A DNA stretch of 64,000 bases, taken from assembly GCA_001687465.1 (NCBI GenBank), contig LVLI01000050.1, positions 1 to 64,000 on the forward strand, read 5' to 3'. Shown here one piece after another: positions 1 to 10,577 of this stretch. The stretch is from Halocafeteria seosinensis. Lineage: Eukaryota. The translations under genes and the position numbers were made by a program. Below the pieces are notes generated by a model. That model made no database searches. It was given only the letters and a program-made list of their open reading frames with translations, and had not been told where the DNA came from. The stretch's first letter is position 1, and every line of letters starts with the position of its first letter.

Positions 1-2535
1 ATTGCCCGCCCCTGCGCCTACCATGGTTCCTCCATTGTACACTGAGTACTTAATAGTAACGGAGGAAGCATCTACTGGTATACTGCCTATGATACCACCC
101 GCATTAGAGCCCTCTACAATCCCCGAAGCGTATGTGTTGTTGATGAGGACAGTACCTCTCGTATTAGCCCCACAGATCCCACCGGCATTCGATCCACTAA
201 TTTGGCCCGTACTATAGCAGTCTGTAATATGCATTTCGCCACTCCGTTGTGCAGCATCATCTCCTGTAATACCGCCACTTCCGTCCCCGATAGTGCCTCC
301 AGTAGAGTAGCATTCCTTGATTGACACAAATCCATTGCCGTAACCAGCCTCCCCACCGACAATACCTCCACTTTCATCCCCGTCAATTTGACCGGTGGAA
401 TACGATCGCTCTATGTAGACTTTGCCGGACAATCTCCCAGCGAAGGATCCACAGATACCACCAGCATCTACCGCTATCTTCCCCATGGAATAGCAATTAG
501 TAATCTTAACAATTCCTCCGTCAGACGCTGTTTCGGTCCCAGTTATACCACCTGCATCTTGCACCGAGACTTCTCCTGTTGAAAATGAGTTGGAGATATG
601 AACTTCGCCTCCAGCACCACATCTGAAGCCGCATATACCACCTCCGTTTTCATCCCTAACATCACTTGCGATCTTCCCGGTGGAACTGCATGATTCTACA
701 ATCGCAAATTTCTGTTCGGCTTGAACAATGAATCCTGCGCCATGTGCTGTTTCCCCATTTTTCATATGCAAATTCCGAATTACGGGAGCTTGGCTGAATT
801 TGTTCACGCCTTCAATCTTAAACAGACCATTAAAACCTGATATGCCATCGAGGTCAATCGTATTTCCATTCCCGTCAAATGTTTCATTCGCTTCGAGAGA
901 AATATAATCATTGTTGACAAATTGAGTATCCCACTGAAAGGTAGGACAGGTCATCACGAACGTACCGTTACTGTACGAAAAGCAGTTGTTGGCAATAATC
1001 GCAGAGCGTACATCAGCAGCCCGTGACACGTACGAGTAGTGGTACTGGAAAACCACAATCACCATTGTGACGCACTGGCTTGTCGTCCCAGGCATCCTCG
1101 GTGAAGCGGAGCGTGTATGCTTCTTTCCACTTTGGATATTGCCGCCAAATACCACTCCCAGGAGACATGCCATGGTGAACATTAATCCTGTTTGGGTCGG
1201 CTTACTCGCTTTCGTCGGACTATGCGTCGGAGTGCTCGTTCTCGTTCTCGTTCCGCTGGAAGTACTTATACTTGTGCTTGTTCGGGTCGGCGTAGTTGTT
1301 TTCGTTGTCGGAGGGTTTGTCACAGTGGAGCTTCCAGTCCTCGAGGACGAGGAGGTAGATGTGCTCGTACTCGTATTCGTACCCGTACCCGTTTCACTTG
1401 GAGTGTTTGAGAGTAGACATATAGCGGTTCCGGTGGGTGTTTGGCTAGCAATTCTTGTATCGGTTCTTATCACTGTTGCTCTCGAAGTTCCAGTTGGAGC
1501 CGGAGAAACAGTTCTTGTATTTGTTAGAGTTTCAGTCGTTGTCTGAGTTTGCGTTCTGGAACTTATCTCACTAGGAGTTCCAGTAAAGGTATGGCTTGAG
1601 CTTCCTGTGGGCATGCTACTCGACGTCGTCGTAGGTGTAGAACTTCGGCTCACCGGAGCGGTGCTGCTCGGAGCCGTTCTAGTTCTCGTACTGGAGGATG
1701 TACAGGTTGACGATGGCGATGAAGTTGTAGATGACCCAGTGGGGCATGGTATTGGGAGCTGAATGCGTAAGACGTTAAGTTCTTCTTCGTCAGTTACAGT
1801 CCATATTTCTTGATCTAAGTTTTTTGTGTCACTGATAGTATATCGTGTTCCCATATCAGTGCCCCAATCGCCAGAAGTGCTTTGATTGGTGCACTCCGGA
1901 TGCCCTAGATTATCGCGTCCCTTAGACACTGAGTATTCGCCTTCGATAGATTCCTCACGAAAGGTACTCCCCATTATTCCTCCGTCAGTATATGTACCAG
2001 CACTTATTTCAGCAGCGGAATATGAGTTAATGATTTTCACGGCGCCCTCGGTCCCAGCACCAATTTCGAATAACCCTTTGAAATGGGCTAACCCGTTTAA
2101 GTCAATGCTCATAAAATTACCATTAAAGGTCTCATATCGGTGAAGTGTAGTATAGTCATTCCCACTAAAATACCGGTAGTTCGAAGTTGCTAAATCACTC
2201 CTCTCTAAAGAGCAATTTACTTCAGGAGTGCGCGCGCGGGTAGCGTAGGTTAAACAAGGACTCATTTCCGCATCCCTAGCGTTCTGCCCTCTGTGATTGC
2301 GACTTGCCGCTGCTGTGCAACAACGGTAGATTGCTAGTAAAAGCACTGTCCCCATTGATATCGCTGAACATGTTGGTCGTCTTCGAAGATGGGTGGTGCG
2401 CTTTGGTTCTCTGTGCGCAATGAGGGCTCCGAAGTTATCCAACGCTAGACCAACTTGTTTTAAGGAAGTGTCACTACTAAATAGCATCATCTGATGGCAT
2501 TCACAAAAGGGTATATCCAATATAGGACAACGCAT
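1..2535 (-). CDS. Two-headed GLUG-like/Ser-Thr-stalk surface protein, 3' end beyond window; first head carries an in-frame internal deletion
   Basis: Hand translation from ATG 2535 (MRCPILDIPFCECHQMM...) is open for 845 codons to base 1; absent from the ORF track because no stop lies in the window. Paralogue of 3556..7443; first head jumps from GLFEI directly to GAGTEGAV. Confidence 0.85.
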   Translation of the reverse strand, partial: MRCPILDIPFCECHQMMLFSSDTSLKQVGLALDNFGALIAHREPKRTTHLRRRPTCSAISMGTVLLLAIYRCCTAAASRNHRGQNARDAEMSPCLTYATRARTPEVNCSLERSDLATSNYRYFSGNDYTTLHRYETFNGNFMSIDLNGLAHFKGLFEIGAGTEGAVKIINSYSAAEISAGTYTDGGIMGSTFREESIEGEYSVSKGRDNLGHPECTNQSTSGDWGTDMGTRYTISDTKNLDQEIWTVTDEEELNVLRIQLPIPCPTGSSTTSSPSSTCTSSSTRTRTAPSSTAPVSRSSTPTTTSSSMPTGSSSHTFTGTPSEISSRTQTQTTTETLTNTRTVSPAPTGTSRATVIRTDTRIASQTPTGTAICLLSNTPSETGTGTNTSTSTSTSSSSRTGSSTVTNPPTTKTTTPTRTSTSISTSSGTRTRTSTPTHSPTKASKPTQTGLMFTMACLLGVVFGGNIQSGKKHTRSASPRMPGTTSQCVTMVIVVFQYHYSYVSRAADVRSAIIANNCFSYSNGTFVMTCPTFQWDTQFVNNDYISLEANETFDGNGNTIDLDGISGFNGLFKIEGVNKFSQAPVIRNLHMKNGETAHGAGFIVQAEQKFAIVESCSSTGKIASDVRDENGGGICGFRCGAGGEVHISNSFSTGEVSVQDAGGITGTETASDGGIVKITNCYSMGKIAVDAGGICGSFAGRLSGKVYIERSYSTGQIDGDESGGIVGGEAGYGNGFVSIKECYSTGGTIGDGSGGITGDDAAQRSGEMHITDCYSTGQISGSNAGGICGANTRGTVLINNTYASGIVEGSNAGGIIGSIPVDASSVTIKYSVYNGGTMVGAGAGN

Positions 2536-3190
2536 TACATCTGTATCGCGGACGGATCATCCACCAACCTTCCTGCGTGTCTGCTCATTGCTGCAGGAAC
2601 GATTGATACAGTACCTTACGGACTTGAAGTGTAATAGAAAATCAGCTCCAATCTATTCCGTTTCCATTCATATTCTTCTCTGCCTGTAGCTAGCAGGCGC
2701 AAAAAGATGATGAAGCAGAGGCTTAGCAGACTCTGAACATCAAAAAGACTGGCTCACTCTATGGACCGATATTATCCTGTCCTTACCCTCTTACCTCTAT
2801 CTTACACAGAACAATCTACCTGTGTGCTATTATTTGACGCACCGTACAGTGCGTGTATTGTTTTGCAATCCTTTCTTTCGGGACGAAATACGCCGTTAAT
2901 CCCTTTTCTTCATGACGGTGTTCCGAGGAACAATTGGCGAGACGGTCACCGCATGAGCTCCGAGCCCCGTCGGGGGTTTCTTTCTCACAAATCAATGAAA
3001 TCATTCAACTTTCAATTCGAAGAAGAATTATTCCGTGATGTGCCTCAACTGCGTGGCAGGGAGCTCATAATGCAGAGTATGGCAAATTCTAGTTGATAGA
3101 GATAAATACAAAAGGGTACATATCCCCAGAAAACAATTACAAGAAGAGTACCTAGTAGAAGATCATTGTCGCTTCAAATCAGTACCTAAA

Positions 3191-3530
3191 CTAACTATGT
3201 ATATGTATGGGGGCACTTTTTCTCAGCCAGGTGGTTGAAGATATGATGTTTTGTACGTTCCTCATATTTCGGCACCCAGCGCGAGCCCGGCAAATTCTTG
3301 CCTCTCCTAGGAACTTAGTGGGGTCTTCTCCAAAGCCTCCTGTCGTTATCACCACGAATGGAACCATTTCCGCGCAGTAGGCCAGTTTTAGGTTCTCCAA
3401 TTCCGTTGCCATGACAACGCTGCCCAGTGGAATCAAGAAATGGACGACGCCCAAAAGAACGCAATGATTCGTAATAATATTACATCGCCATCCCTAGTCT
3501 ATCGCTCACCAAGGGTGCTAGTACCGCCAA
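3191..3530 (-). mobile_element. Degenerate 3' fragment of an RLE-type non-LTR retrotransposon (copy 1)
   Basis: TRDGDV...ELENLKLAY...MVPFVVITTGGFGEDPTKFL resembles the E..K..KY...F.PF...T.G..G..A..FL C-terminal motif of CRE-like restriction-like endonucleases; has a stop and a frameshift relative to copy 2. Confidence 0.5.
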
Positions 3531-3555
3531 TCAGCAGTACTTGATGCTATATAGA

Positions 3556-6500
3556 CTATTTCCTTGACCCTTTACAACGAGCTCTCCTGATAGGCAACTT
3601 TGTCCTTTGGTCTCGAGTAGTTCGCACGTGGTATAACACTGTGTCCTTTGAAATACCAACCAGCGAAGAATTTTTAGGACCAGAACGTGTTGGGGTTGCG
3701 GCTCTACTATATAGTGGTGTTTGCGTACTTCTTATCGTACTTATTCCGATCGGAGTTTTTGATGACGTCCATGTTGGAGTTCCCGAACTAGTTTCCCTAG
3801 GAGTTCCAATCGATGTCGAAGTAACAGTCCTAGTACTAGTCTCACTTGGAGTTCCAGTCAGTGTCGATGTCGACGTGGCTGTAGTCGTGCTTGTTCGACT
3901 GGGGATCCCAGTCGATGTCGATGTTGGAGTCGGACTTGTCTCAGTGGAAGTGCTTGTAGAAGTAGGACTTGAGCTGCCCGTAAGAGTGTTGCTCGCGGTA
4001 CTCGTAGCTGTTAGAGGAGAGATTAAACTAGCGGTTTCGGTTCTCACCGGTGTACAGGTTGGTGTTGTTGATGACGTAGCAGTTCCTGTCCTGGATGGTG
4101 TACGACTTGGGGTGCTGGTCGATGTTTGAGAGGGGGTGATTGAGGCTGTAGGCGATGGAGTAGGACTGGGACTGGGACTAGGTGTTGGCAGCTGGAAATG
4201 CAACACCGGGAGCTCCCCTGGCCCTTGTGTAGCCCATACGGTGTCGGACCATTTCTTTTCTTGACCATGGTGATAAAGCTTTCCTTTAATGCTATCCAGG
4301 TTGTCCGAATTGCCAATGTCGTTGTCAAGATTGCCCGCCCCTGCGCCTACCATGGTTCCTCCATTGTACACTGAGTACTTAATAGTAACGGAGGAAGCAT
4401 CTACTGGTATACTGCCTATGATACCACCCGCATTAGAGCCCTCTACAATCCCTGAAGCGTATGTGTTGTTGATGAGGACAGTGCCTCCCGTATGATGATC
4501 CCCACAGATCCCACCCGCGAAGGCTCCACTAATCTTCCCCGTGCTATAGCTGTCTATAATGTGCACATCACCGCCAGCTTCCCCTGCATCATCTCCTGAA
4601 ATACCGCCACTCTCTTGTCCGATAATGCCTCCAGTAGAGTAGCATTCCTTGATTGACACAAATCCATTGTTGTAACCAGATTCTCCACCTACTATACCTC
4701 CACTTTCATCCCCTTCAATTTGACCGGTGGAATACGATCGCTTCATGTAGACTTCGCCTCGGTTGCCCGCAGCGAACGATCCACAAATACCACCGGCGTC
4801 GAAGGCTATGTTCCCTGTGGAATAGCAGTTAGTAATCCTCACAATTCCTCCCTCAGACGCTGTCCACGCCCCAGTTATGCCACCTGCATCTCGCACCGAG
4901 ATTTCTCCTGTTGAAAATGAGTTGGAGATATGAACTTCCCCTCCAGCACCACATCTGAAGCCGCATATACCGCCTCCATTTGCATTTTCAACATCTCCTG
5001 CAATCTTCCCGCTAGAACTACATGATTCTACAATAGCAAATTTCTGCTCGGCTTGAACAATGAATCCTGCGCCATGTGCTGTTTCCCCATTTTTCGTATG
5101 CAAATTCCGAATTATGGGAGCTTGGCTGAATATGTTCACGCCTTCGATCTTAAACAGACCATTAAAACCTGATATACCATCGAGGTCAATCGTATTTCCA
5201 TTCCCGTCAAATATTTCATTCGCTTCAAGAGGAATATAATCATTGTTGACAAATTGAGTATTCCACTGAAAGGTAGGACAGGTCATCGTGAACTTATTAG
5301 CGTTATACGTAAAACAGTTGTGGTCGATAATGTCATCGCGTATATCAGCAGCCCTTGACACGTACGAGTAGTGGTACTGGAAAACCACAATCACCATTGT
5401 GGCGCATTGACTTGTCGCCCCAGGCATCCTCGGTGAAGCGGAGCGTGTATGCTTCCTTCCACTTTGGATATTGCCCCCAAATACCACTCCCAGGAGACAT
5501 ACCATAATGAACATTAATCCTGTTTGGGTCAGCTTACTCGCTTTCGTCGGACTATGCGTCGGGGTGCTCGTTCTCGTTGAACTCGTTCTCCTTCCGCTGG
5601 AAGTACTTACACTTGTGCTTGCTCGGGTCGGCGTACTTGCTTTCGTTGGGCTACGCGTCGAAGTGTTTGTCACAGTGGAGGTTCCAGTCCTCGAAGACGA
5701 GGAGGTAGATGTGCTCGTAGTCGTATTCGCACCCGTTTCATTATGAGAGTTAGACAGTGGACATATTGCGGTTCCGGTGGGTGTTTGGCTCGGAGTTCTT
5801 GTTTTAGCTCTTGTCACTGTTGCTCTCGGAGTTCCAGTTGAAGTCGGAGAAACCGTTCTTGTATTCGTTGGAGTTTCAGTCGTTGTCGGAGTTCGAGCTC
5901 CGGAACTTGTCCTCACTGGGAGTTCCAGTAGAGGTGTGGCTTGTGATTCCTGTGGGCATGCTACTCGACATCGTCGTAGGTGTATGGCTTCGGTTTGCCG
6001 CAGCGGTGCTGTTCGGAGTCGTTCTCGGTCTCGCACTGGAGAGTATACAGGTCGACGATGGCGATGAAGTTGCAGATGACCCAATGGCCTTGGTATTGGG
6101 AGCTGAATACGCAAGATAGGCAGTTCTTCTTCGGCAGTTACAGTCCATATATCTTGATCTAATATTCTTGTGTCACTGACAGTATATAACGTTTCTCTAA
6201 TACTCCCCAAATCGCCAGAAGTGCTTTGGTTGGTGCACTCCGAATGCCCTTCCATCGGATAGTCATTTCCATTGAACACTGAGTATTCAACGTTGATAGA
6301 TTCCTCACGAAAGGTACTTCCCATTATTCCTATGGGAGCAGGTGCACCAGGACTTATTTCACCAGAGGTATATGAGTTGGTGATTTTCACGGCACCCTCT
6401 GTCCCGGCACTGCAGATGCCACCAGCTCGGTTACATTGCCAAATTAAATCGCCTTCCACAAGGGTTGGAATATTAACTGTGCCCCTGCTACAGCAATTCT

Positions 6501-7443
6501 TAATTTTAACTGTGCTTTCATCTCGGTTCATGTTTTCATTCAGATCTGAATCATCCCCTGTAATTCCACCACTTCTTCTCCCGGAAATTTCGTCCCGAGA
6601 GTAACATTCCTCGATGGACCAATATCCGCCGTCCGCAAAGGCAACTATGCCACCTTTCCCTTTCCCAAGAGCATTTGCAGTAGAATACGAGAGAGTATGA
6701 TGCATTTTGCCTTCCGAACCGCGAGCATACTGTCCACACAGGCCACCAGCATCTCGTTGTGAGAATTCACCAGTCGAATGACATTTGCTAATTTCGGCAT
6801 GGCCATTTCTTCCTGAACCTGCATACTGTTCTCCAATTTCTCCCGTATTTTCTTTGACTTTACCGATAGAACTACAGAAATCCACAATCAAGTACTTCTG
6901 ATTTTCACAAACAATGTAACCTTCTCTTTCGCTTGTTTCACTGTTCTTCATATGCAAATTGCGATTACTCCCAATTCCGAATAACCCTTTGAAAGGAGTT
7001 ACCCCGTTTAATTCAATGCTTTGAGCATTGTCACTAAATTTGTCATTTTGGCGAAGTGTGATAGAGTCATTCTCACTGCGATTTTGGTAGCTCGCACTCC
7101 CGGAAATATTCCACTCCGATAAGCAATCTGGTTCCAGAGTGAGCGTGGGTGTGTCGTAGGCTAAACAAGGGCTCATTTTTTCATTCCTAGAGTCCAGTCC
7201 TCTGTCCCTCGCGGCTGCTGTGTAGCAACCGTATGAGGTTAGTAAAAGCACTGTCACAATTGATATCGCTGAACATGTTGGTCGTCTTCGAAGACGGGCA
7301 CGGGTGGAGCGATAGCGCTTTGGCGCAATGAGGGCTCTGAAGTTATCCAACGCCAGATGGACTTCTTCTAGGGCAGTGTCACTAGTAAATAGCATCATCT
7401 GATGGTATTCACAAAAGGGTATATCCAATACAGGACAACGCAT
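3556..7443 (-). CDS. Two-headed GLUG-like surface protein (degenerate head, stalk, internal leader, head, stalk, short basic tail), 1295 aa
   Basis: ORF track; second head has 7 GGIxG coils and the ELPVLHFQLPTPSP hinge; ends YHVRTTRDQRTKLPIRRARCKGSRK with no C-terminal TM. Confidence 0.85.
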   Translation of the reverse strand: MRCPVLDIPFCEYHQMMLFTSDTALEEVHLALDNFRALIAPKRYRSTRARLRRRPTCSAISIVTVLLLTSYGCYTAAARDRGLDSRNEKMSPCLAYDTPTLTLEPDCLSEWNISGSASYQNRSENDSITLRQNDKFSDNAQSIELNGVTPFKGLFGIGSNRNLHMKNSETSEREGYIVCENQKYLIVDFCSSIGKVKENTGEIGEQYAGSGRNGHAEISKCHSTGEFSQRDAGGLCGQYARGSEGKMHHTLSYSTANALGKGKGGIVAFADGGYWSIEECYSRDEISGRRSGGITGDDSDLNENMNRDESTVKIKNCCSRGTVNIPTLVEGDLIWQCNRAGGICSAGTEGAVKITNSYTSGEISPGAPAPIGIMGSTFREESINVEYSVFNGNDYPMEGHSECTNQSTSGDLGSIRETLYTVSDTRILDQDIWTVTAEEELPILRIQLPIPRPLGHLQLHRHRRPVYSPVRDRERLRTAPLRQTEAIHLRRCRVACPQESQATPLLELPVRTSSGARTPTTTETPTNTRTVSPTSTGTPRATVTRAKTRTPSQTPTGTAICPLSNSHNETGANTTTSTSTSSSSRTGTSTVTNTSTRSPTKASTPTRASTSVSTSSGRRTSSTRTSTPTHSPTKASKLTQTGLMFIMVCLLGVVFGGNIQSGRKHTRSASPRMPGATSQCATMVIVVFQYHYSYVSRAADIRDDIIDHNCFTYNANKFTMTCPTFQWNTQFVNNDYIPLEANEIFDGNGNTIDLDGISGFNGLFKIEGVNIFSQAPIIRNLHTKNGETAHGAGFIVQAEQKFAIVESCSSSGKIAGDVENANGGGICGFRCGAGGEVHISNSFSTGEISVRDAGGITGAWTASEGGIVRITNCYSTGNIAFDAGGICGSFAAGNRGEVYMKRSYSTGQIEGDESGGIVGGESGYNNGFVSIKECYSTGGIIGQESGGISGDDAGEAGGDVHIIDSYSTGKISGAFAGGICGDHHTGGTVLINNTYASGIVEGSNAGGIIGSIPVDASSVTIKYSVYNGGTMVGAGAGNLDNDIGNSDNLDSIKGKLYHHGQEKKWSDTVWATQGPGELPVLHFQLPTPSPSPSPTPSPTASITPSQTSTSTPSRTPSRTGTATSSTTPTCTPVRTETASLISPLTATSTASNTLTGSSSPTSTSTSTETSPTPTSTSTGIPSRTSTTTATSTSTLTGTPSETSTRTVTSTSIGTPRETSSGTPTWTSSKTPIGISTIRSTQTPLYSRAATPTRSGPKNSSLVGISKDTVLYHVRTTRDQRTKLPIRRARCKGSRK

Positions 7444-7951
7444 TACATCTGCATCGCGGACGGATCATCCACCAACCTTCCTGGGTCTCTGCTCACTGCT
7501 GCAGGAACGATTGATACAGTACCTTACGGACTGGAAGTGTAAGCGAAAATCAGCTCCAATCTATTCCCTCTCCATTCATATTCTTCTCTGCCTGTAGCTA
7601 GCACACACAGAAAGATGATGAAGCAGACCCTGAAAATCAAACAGACTGGCTCTCTCTATGGACCCATATTGTCCGCTTCCCTCTCACACAGCACAATCTA
7701 CGTGTCTCCTATCGTCTATACACGCACTGTACGATGCGTATATTGTTTTGCAATCCTTGCTTTCTGGACGAAATACGCCGTTAATCTCTTTTCTTCATGA
7801 CGGTGTTCCGAGGAATAATTGACGAGACGGTCACCGCATGAGCCCGGAGGGTTTCTTTCCTCACAAATATAAAAGGGTAGATATCCCCAGAAAACAATTA
7901 CAAGAAGAGTACCTAGTAGAAGATCATTGTCGCTTCAAATCAGTACGTAAA

Positions 7952-8300
7952 CTAACTATGTATATGTATGGGGGCACTTTTTTCAGTTGAAGACATGATG
8001 TTTTGTAAGTTCCTCATATCTCGGCTCCCAGGCAAATTCTTGCCTCTCCTCTTGAGGAACTTAGTGGCGTCTTCTCCAAAGCCTCCTGTCGTTATCGCCA
8101 CGAATGGAACCATTCCGTGTAGTGGCCCCCGTAGGCGTTCGTACTTCGCCCGTTTTAGGTTCTCCAATTCCGTTGACATGACAACGCTGCCGAGTGGAAT
8201 CAAGAAATGGACGACGCCCAAAACAACGCAATGATTCGTAATAATTACATCGCCATCCCTGGTCTGTCGCTCACCAAGGGTGCTAGTACCGCCAATCAGC
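7952..8300 (-). mobile_element. Degenerate 3' fragment of an RLE-type non-LTR retrotransposon (copy 2)
   Basis: QTRDGDVIITNHCVVLGVVHFL...TELENLKRAKYERLRGPLHGMVPFVAITTGGFGEDATKFLKR; near-duplicate of 3191-3530. Confidence 0.55.
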
Positions 8301-8321
8301 AGTACCTTGATGCTATGAAGA

Positions 8322-10345
8322 CTATTTCCTTGACCCTTTACAACGAGCTCTCCTGATAGGCAACTTTGTTCTTTGGTTTCGAGTAGTTCGCACGTGGTAT
8401 AACACTGTGTCCATTGAAATACCAACCACCGAAGAATTTTTAGGACCAGAACGTCCCGGGGTTGAGGCTCTGCTGTACAGTGGTGTTTGCGTACTCCTCC
8501 CCGTACTTGCTCCGTTCGGAGTTTCTGATGACGTCCATGTTGGAGTTCCCGAACCGGTTTGCCTGGGGATTCCAGTCGATGTCGAAATAATAGTCTTCGT
8601 ACTAGTCTCACTTGGAGATCCAGTCAGTGTCGATGTCGACGTGACTGTAGTCGTGCTTGTTTTACTGGGGACCTCAGTCGATGTCGATGTTGGAGTCAAA
8701 CTTGTCTCACTGGAAGTGCTTGTAGAAGTAGGACTTGAGCTGCCCGTAAGGGTGTTGCTCGGGGTATTCGTAGCTGTTAGAGGAGAGATTAAACTAGCGG
8801 TTTCTGTTCTCGTCGGTGTAGGGGTTGGTGTTGTTGATGACGTAGCAGTTCCTGTCCTGGATGATATACGACTGGGGGTGCTGGTCAATGTTTGAGAGGG
8901 GGTGATTGAGGCTGTAGGCGATGGAGTAGGGCTGGGACTGGGATTGGGTGTTGGCAGCTGGAAATGCAATACCGGGAGCTCCCCTGGCCCTTGTGTAGCC
9001 CATACGGTGTCCGACCATTTCCTCTCTTGATTATGGTGATAAAGTTTGCCTCTAATGCTATCCAGGTTGTCCGAATTGCCAATGTCGTTGTCAAGATTGC
9101 CCGCCCCTGCGCCTACCATGGCTCCTGCATTGTACACTGAGTATTTGATAGATAACGGCAGTGCCTTCGGTATCAGCCCCGCAGATCCCACCGGCGTACG
9201 CTCAACTAGTTTGGCCTGTGCTATAGCAGTCTGTAATATGCACCTTGCCACCACCTTGTGCAGTAACACCTCCTGTAATACCGCCACTTGAGTGGCCACT
9301 AATTTCTCCAGTAGAGTAGCATTCCTCGATTGACACAAGCCAAATTCTCCACCTACTATACCTCCACTTGTCGAATTTGAAATTTCTCCGGTGGAATGCG
9401 ATCGCTCTATGTAGACTTTTTCTTCTTCATCTCCAGCGAGGGATCCACAGATATCACCAGCATCTACCGCTATCTTACCTGTAGAATAGCAATTGGTAAT
9501 CTTAACAATTCCTCTGCCACACGATGTCTCAGACCCAGTTATACCATCCGCATTTTGAAATAACATTTCTCCTGTTGAAAACGAGTTGGAGATATGAACT
9601 TCGCCTCTATCACCACCTCTGGAGTTGCATATACCATCTTCGTTTTTGATATACCCGGTAGGGCTGCATGATTCTACAATGACAAATTTTTGGTAGGCCT
9701 GAACAATGAATTCTGCACCGTGTGACTGTTTCCCCATTTTTCATATGCAAATTCCGAATCATGGCTGCTTGACTGAATTCACTCACTCCCTCAGCCTTAT
9801 ATAGGCCATTAAAGCCTGCTCCGCCTCCGAGCTCAATCGTATTACCCTTCCCGTCAAATTCTTCATTGGCGTTGAGAGAAATATAATCATCGTTGGCAAA
9901 CTCCCAGTGAACGGTAGCACATTCCATGGTGAACGTACCGTTACTGTAGGAAAATCAGCTGTTGTCGACAATGTCACTGCGTATATCACCAGCCCGTGAC
10001 CTAAGAGTAGTGGTAGCACTGGAGAACCACAATCACCATTGCGGCGCACCGGCTTGTCGTCCCAGGCATCCTCGCTGAAGCAAACCGTGTACCGTATGCT
10101 TCCTTCCGCTATGGATGTTGCCGCTAAATACCACTCCCAGGAGACATGCCATAATGAACATCAATCCCGCTTGGGTCGGCTTAGTCGCTCTCCTTGGGCT
10201 ATGCGTCGGAGTGCTTGTTCTCGTTTCGCTAGAAGTACTAGTAGGCGTAGTTGTTTTCGTTGGGCTATGCATCGGGGTATTTGTCGGAGTGGAGGTTCCA
10301 GTCCATGAGAAGGGCGAGGTGGGTGTGCTCGTCTCCGTCCCCGGT
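8322..10345 (-). pseudogene. Frameshifted, 5'-truncated third copy of the two-headed gene
   Basis: Family sequence is split over ORFs 10033..10374, 9783..10049, 9610..9927 and 8322..9737 with several frame changes; 3' end nearly identical to 3556-4380. Confidence 0.85.
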
Positions 10346-10577
10346 ATGCGTATCCCCCGGTATGAGAACTCCACGAATACGAGAATACTTCCTCAAATCA
10401 TTATGATCTTGTTGTGTTCGAAAGCTTGTTTCGTCAATTGCTGACGCGCGAGGGCTTGCCTGAGATCAGGGATCATAGTATCGAAAGACGCATCCGGAAG
10501 AACATAAACATATGTAGCAAGCATATCCAACAATTCAAGAACTCAAACTTTGCCTAGGTTCTTTGCACTCACGGTCA

